Shown here: piece by piece, positions 55,157 to 64,000 of the stretch
Layout: each line of letters begins with the position of its first letter
Numbering within the stretch: the stretch's first letter is position 1
Origin: the human T2T-CHM13v2.0 reference genome, Homo sapiens
Length of the DNA stretch: 64,000 bases
Assembly: GCF_009914755.1 (NCBI RefSeq)
Contig: NC_060925.1
Direction: 5' to 3' (one strand)
Notes under the pieces: generated by a model
What the model was told of the DNA's origin: nothing
What the model saw: only the letters and a program-made list of their open reading frames with translations
Databases searched by the model: none
Program-made: the position numbers and the translations under genes

Positions 55157-55281
55157 CCAATATATGTCTCTAAATTGTAAATACAGTAAATACATGGACC
55201 ACTGCTAATTTTCCTGTTGAATATTAGAAAGGCTTAATTTCTTTCTTTCCTAAAGATACAAACTAAATATAAAGAATTCTT

Positions 55282-55590
<309 letters not shown>

Positions 55591-55987
55591 TATCACATCT
55601 TGTATTCCAAAGAACCATGGTGTGTGCACTCCACACTGGAGACCACTGCTGCAGAGGTAGGAGTGCCATGGATGCTATAACATGAAGGAGGGATATTTGA
55701 GCTGAGCCTTCAGAACGGGTGAAATTGCCTTTGTCCAGTGGAGGGACTTCCTGAAAACAGCAGAACCTAATCACAGAGGCGTGAAAGGGCAGTAGGCTGA
55801 GGGGTGATGGCAATTGCGTGTCAATATCCTTAGGGCCAGCCAACCACTCACCAACATAAACACAGCCAGGACAGAGCCCCTTTCTGGAAAACCCTATTTG
55901 GCAGGATAGATAGCAATTAGATTTGTTTTCCCCACATTCTGCTCTCTAACATTCTTGGACTAAGAGCACAGAAGAGAATGTGTCTGG

Positions 55988-56753
<766 letters not shown>

Positions 56754-58015
56754 GTAGGCAAATGCCCTTCAACCCCCTGTGCAAAGATCATCTACCTTTG
56801 CTACATTAATGCAAAACTGGGTGGGGGAGAGAGGAGATCTTTGAACAGCTCCAATCCAGCCCGCAGAAGACCCTCCAAATGCAACCATCTTAGCATCACA
56901 TTCAAGCCTCTGATGGAGCCTGCTCTTCCTGTTCCCCAGTGCTTTGCACCAGAGCATCACTGTTCATTGGGGAAAAACTTTGCTGCCAGGCAGCCCACTT
57001 GGGGTCAGACCATGCTCAGTAATCCGAGCTCTGAAATCAGCTCCGGCTAATCCCAGCCCACCTTGGGAATCAATCCGTGGTTCATGAAGGACTTCCACGG
57101 TGGGCAACAAGATGAAGAGGGGACACTCAGCTGGGGGATGGGAAACCATCAGGGTGGGTGCTGGTAGCAGCAAGGATCTAAATCACAGCCTTGGCTGCCC
57201 TCCAGCTGCAGCAGAGCCCACTCAGTAAATTAACCCCACATTACACCAGCTATGTGTCTCTTTGCATTTGTGGATTTAGGCATGGAACCAATCTTACAGA
57301 CCCCTCTCGATAACAAACAGTTGGGTGAAAGTACAACCTCCTTGCTTGTTAAGCTCTCGATGCTGAGGAGAGAGTTAAACCCCTGTGCAAATCACATTTG
57401 AGGGCATTTCTATTTCATACCTTTGCTGGCATATGTTTCCAATATCCAAGGGAGTCGTTCCCATCGCTTCTGCCTGGAGGCTGTCCCTCATGGGAATGGA
57501 GCATCCTGGGCATGGAGTGGGAATGAGCATGGGGGAAGAGGAGCTGGTGTTTTTTAAATTGAATCAGGAAGGTTCTCTGTATTCAGTAAAGAGGTAATAT
57601 ATTTAAAGCACCAATCCCCTGAGGTCGTTGAAATGAAAACATCTTATCACATTGAATGCATCTTTCAGACACCTTGATATGGAAAGCAAAGATCTGCTGG
57701 AGAGAAAGCCCCGTGTCCTTTAAGACTTCCAGGATCACTTTGTCGTGACTGGAGGGAAGCCAGAATTCATGTGTAGTGTGAGTGATCTGAACCCTGTGCC
57801 TGATCAGGTATACCGAATTCCTTCAGAGACTTGGGTTTGTACCCCCCACCACTTGCCCTCCAAATGGTTTCCATCTTCCACACAGGACTCTCTTCTCTTC
57901 CTCAATCCCAGCTTCCTTCAACAGAACTCTCCAAGCTAATTCACTTTCTTCTTCAAAGCTTTAGTGAGGTTTTGTTTGCTAGAAAATTCACTGTGAAGAC
58001 TTTTGGAAATTAAAA

Positions 58016-58111
58016 CCCCAGGATCTGAGCTGGGCCCCAGGATCTGAGCTGGACCCCGGGATCATGAGCTGGGCCCCGGGATCTGAGCTGGGCCCCGGGA
58101 TCTGAGCTGGG
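58016..58111. repeat. 19-bp GC-rich minisatellite, 5 units
   Basis: ccccRggatctgagctggR x5, one unit with a 1-nt insertion. Confidence 0.95.
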
Positions 58112-58544
58112 CTACGACCCTAGTGGAGACAGCACTCAGGTTATTTGAGGCTCTGAATAGTCAGGAATAGAGAAGCAAGAAGCAGAGCATTCCACACCCA
58201 TAAGGAAAGAAAGGCAGCAGCGGAGAATGTGAATGAAGAATCCGTTCACTGCTTTGTGAACTTCAGGCAGGAGCCACCATAAATAGCTTATTTCACATTA
58301 ATGATGACTTCTTGAATTTCTATGGTAGAAATTCAATACAAATGAACAATTACAGTATAAAGAGTGCACTCTTTGGTGGCTTCAAAAATACTTAAAATTC
58401 TATTTAAAACATTATATACATCCAGTGGAATCTCGTTTTAGATAGCAGCTTGAGAAAATACAATTTTACATCCAAATACTATAGTCCAGAGAAGACCTCA
58501 AAATCTCTTTTGATGACACATAATTTATTCTGGCACAACACTGA

Positions 58545-59732
<1,188 letters not shown>

Positions 59733-59883
59733 TGATTTCTGTACTTTTTGGTCTTGAATGAGTAACAAACAGTTCTTAGGATAGCACTAGTCTACAAACT
59801 GATCTAGTCCAACCTCTCCTTTTTTGCAGATTTATTTATTTAATCATTCGTTTATTCAGCAAATAGCAGTTAAGTATCCAGAT

Positions 59884-60302
59884 TGTATTAGTCCATTCTC
59901 ACACTGCTATAAAGACATACCTGAGACTTGGTAATTTGTAAAGAAAAGAGGTTTAATTGACTCATGATTCTGCAGGCTGTATAGGCTTCTGCTTCTGGGG
60001 AGGCCTCTGGAAACTTACAATCATTGTGGAAGGCAAAGGGGAAGCAGGTACACTTCACCTGGCTGGCAGGAGAGAGAGAGAAGGGGAAGCAGGTACACTT
60101 CACCTGGCTGGCAGGAGAGAGAGAGAAGGGGAAGCACTACACACTTTCAAACAACCAAATCTCGTGAGAACTCTATCACAAGAACAGCAAGCGGGGAATC
60201 TGCCCCCGTAATTGAATCACCTCCCACCAGGCCCCTCCTCCAACAGTGAAGATTACAATTCAACAAGAGATTTGGGTGGGGACACAGAGACAAACCATAT
60301 CA
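59884..60302 (-). mobile_element. MSTA-type MaLR LTR with internal 45-bp tandem duplication (60036-60125)
   Basis: tgtattagtccattctcacactgctataaag...gagatttgggtggggacacagagacaaaccatatca. Confidence 0.85.
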
Positions 60303-60929
60303 AGCATCTACCAGGTATTGTTCTAAACACTGGGGCTAGAGCAGGGAACACTTCAGAGATGGTACCTACCCTCTTTCTTGTGGTGGAGACAAATTATAGA
60401 AACAACAAATATGCAATATAATTTTAGGTTGTGACAATTGCTATTCAGAAACACCAAGCTGAGCAAAGTAATAGAGAGTGAAGGGGTGGAATTGAGTGCT
60501 AGGCTGAAACACAGTGGGGATGGAAGGACTCTCTAAGGAGGTAGAAGAGGTGAACATCTAAGCTGAGCCACAAAGCGAAAGGTGGGAGAGAGTAATGCAG
60601 GTGCCTGGGAGAAGAAAGATCCAGATTGAGAAAGCAGCAAATGCAAAGTCCCTGGGAGAGGAATGAGTTTGGTGTCTTTGAGAAGGAGAATAAAACCAAT
60701 GTGGCTGGAGTGGAGTGAGTGCGAGAGAGGGGAGTTAAGAGATGAGGATAGTTTAGTAAGGAAGGGCTGGATCACATCAGGCATTGAGGCAAGAAGTTTG
60801 GCAAGGACTTTAGATTTTCTTCTATGTGTTATGGGAAGGCTAATGGGGATTTGTAGGCAGGAAAGTGAATTTTTGATTTGCAAAAAAAGAAAAAAAAAAA
60901 GGCTGGATCCAGTTCAAGTTAAGCAAGTT

Positions 60930-61587
60930 TATGGGAATGACCCCAGTGATTCTCACCTTGTGATGGTCACACCCTCATGGAGACCTCTTCAACATTAGAT
61001 AGGTCCAATCTCTGTAACCAACAGAATATTGCAGAAATGAAGGAGTGTGACTTTGAAAACTAGTTCATAAAAGACATTATGGTTTCCTTTTTGCTTTCAC
61101 TTTTAGATCATTTGGCCTAGGGGAAGTCAGCTGCCATGTTGTGAGGATGCTCAAGCAGCCATATGGAGACACGCACATGACAAAGAACTGAGGCCTCCTA
61201 ACAACAACCAGCACTGACTAGCCAGTCATGTGAGTGATGCCACCTTGAAGTGGATTGTCTGACCCCAGTCAAGCCTTCAGCTGACCACAGCCGAAGCTGA
61301 CATCTTGACTGCAACCTCATGAGGGACCTTGAGCCAGAAACACCCAGCTAAGTTGCTCCAGAATTCCTAATTCACAGAAACTATAAGAAAATAAGAACTT
61401 ATTGTTCTTTTAAGATGCTAAACTTTGGAGTAACGTGTTATTCAGCAAATAGCAGTTGAGGCTAGAGCAGGGAACACTTCAAAGATAGTCCTTATCCTCT
61501 TTGTTGTGGTGGAGACAAATTATAAAAATAACAAATATGAAATATAATTTCATAGTAACTTGTTATGCAGCAACAGATAACTTAGTA
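60930..61587 (+). mobile_element. MLT1E/F-type LTR carrying a foreign insert at 61438-61550
   Basis: gggaagtcagctgccatgttgtgagga...ccccagtcaagccttcag...ttgttatgcagcaacagataac. Confidence 0.75.
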
Positions 61588-62131
61588 TGGGGAACAGTTT
61601 TGAATTTTGGAGACTAGTTTACCAATGCAGCTTGGAGGATAGGAGATCCTAAAAGGAAGGTTTTCTGGTACATGAAGGTAAAGATGAATAGTGAGTGTTT
61701 AGAAAAGCACACTAAACTCAACCCCTTGTCAGTGAGAGTCCTACAAAGCAGGATGAAATGTTCATTAGGGAAGGTGGAGGAGAATGCATACTTTGGCTAT
61801 CACACAAAATACTTGGGACAGCTCAGTGAAGATCTATTTCCCAATATAAGCAATCTCTGAAAAGAGACTAATCAGCTTTTCTGAAATAAGACAGGAGAAT
61901 TGTGAAGATGACTTCATTCATCCATTCAAGAAATTTTTATTGGTAGCCAACTCTGTGCCAAGTGCTGTGATAAGTATTGGAAATCAAGCAGGAAATACCA
62001 TTTTGGCTCATGTTCATATGAATATTTCTGTCATGGGATAGGAAGACTAACAGCAATCAAATAATCACACTAAAAACTAGTTGGTGCAGTGGGGTAAGTA
62101 CATTGAAGGAGAAGGAGGTAAAACATGCCAG

Positions 62132-62878
<747 letters not shown>

Positions 62879-62986
62879 CAAGGACATGAAAGCTAGTTTG
62901 GGGGTTCATAGAGGTCTCCCTGAGGAAGTGATGTTTACATGGGGTCTGAGGGGCTAGCAGGAGTCAGGCCAAGACAGGACAGATGG

Positions 62987-63094
62987 AGGAGCATTCTCAG
63001 CAGAGGAAATAGTATGTGACCAGGCTCTCAGGCAGGAAGGAGCATTCTCAGCAGAGGAAATAGCATGTGGCCAGGATCTCAGGCAGGAAGGAGC
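62987..63094. repeat. 51-bp tandem duplication within an L2 remnant
   Basis: aggagcattctcagcagaggaaatagYatgtgRccaggMtctcaggcagga x2. Confidence 0.9.
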
Positions 63095-64000
63095 CAAGGA
63101 AGGCCAACGTGGCTGTAGTGCAGAGACCTAGGGGAGCAGCAGGAGAGGAGGCTGGGCCAGTGAGTGGAGTCAGGTCATGCCCAGCCTCACAGGCATGTGA
63201 AGGATTTGGGTCTTGATCTTAGTGTCAATGGGAAGCCTGATGATCCCGATTCTGCCATTGGGCCTCTGTAATATCAATTTAAACTCCTTCTTATTGACTC
63301 TCCAATTTGTTTTTGTGTGTTTTCCTAACAAGGTAACACATCCACACAGACCTTTGGCCAAGTCCTAAAAATGAGAAGAGTGTTGGTTGATGATGGTAGC
63401 AGCTGGTGCCCAAAGGACGCCCATTTGCCTTCAGTTATAGATCAGTGCATGCTCTGAGTTCTCCACACCACAGCTGCCCCAGAAATAACACTGCAAAGAG
63501 TCAATTTGTGGTCTGGCAGCATTGCTCCAGCTTGAGCTTTGGATGAAATTCAGTCCATTTATCCATATTTTAAAGAGGCTCCTTTAGAATAAAGGCTAAG
63601 CGTCTCCAGCCTTGCATTCAGCCCTGAAAACACAAACAAATATTTGCATGTACTGACCTTCCTAAATTTGTCAGATGACTTTTCGCATAACCTATGATTA
63701 CTGCTAATTTTTCTTCAAAGCACACACAGTTTTCTTACCTCTGAACATGCATTCAGGAAATGAAAATATGACCATTTCTTCAACTGAACTGTTGCTCTGG
63801 AAAATTACATTTTGTGCTGTTGTGAGGACAGTCAACAGCTATAGATTAGGAGGCCAGGGCAACACCATTAATACATCTATCAGAGTTGTATTAAAAGGAC
63901 TTTGATATGTCCAGCAGTCATTAAGGTACCAAGCCTGGCTGTCAAAGGAAGAAGAGGGACATTGAGCCTGCTCTGTAGGGCCCTGAGGCTGCCGTACCTG

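Noticed and set aside
58016-58111. Short direct-repeat arrays (also 23942-24026) as possible CRISPR-like arrays
   Set aside because: Units are contiguous with no unique spacers, in eukaryotic context with no cas genes; these are minisatellites.

Overview
Primate (almost certainly human) genomic DNA containing the complete podoplanin gene (PDPN; human chr1p36 by recall) on the + strand. A CpG-island promoter at about 5.1-6.5 kb is followed by six exons that splice at GT-AG junctions into a 489-nt ORF: 162 aa, MWKVSALLF...RKMSGRYSP. The coding segments are 5994-6060, 29113-29246, 32327-32456, 35632-35670, 36244-36355 and 37848-37854, and the 3'UTR runs to about 39903. The rest is mostly repeats: about 45 Alu/FLAM copies, L1M, L2, MIR, MaLR/ERV LTRs including a MER11 solo LTR, and DNA-transposon MITEs. 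Nearly all ORFs in the supplied track are Alu-derived or chance ORFs. I see no evidence for a new multi-gene system. The most notable unexplained structures are: a 5S rRNA-FLAM chimeric retrocopy inside one target-site duplication (TSD); a tailless 5S fragment whose junction is copied 1.4 kb away; inverted L1M arms bracketing exon 3; a one-ended LTR flanked by a 72-bp duplication; three possible PDPN tail ends at the exon 5 donor; a Gly147 allele creating a second GxxxG motif; a long G-U-compatible hairpin at 59.1 kb; and several templated or snap-back insertions. Repeat subfamily names come from recalled consensus sequences, and repeat boundaries are approximate.
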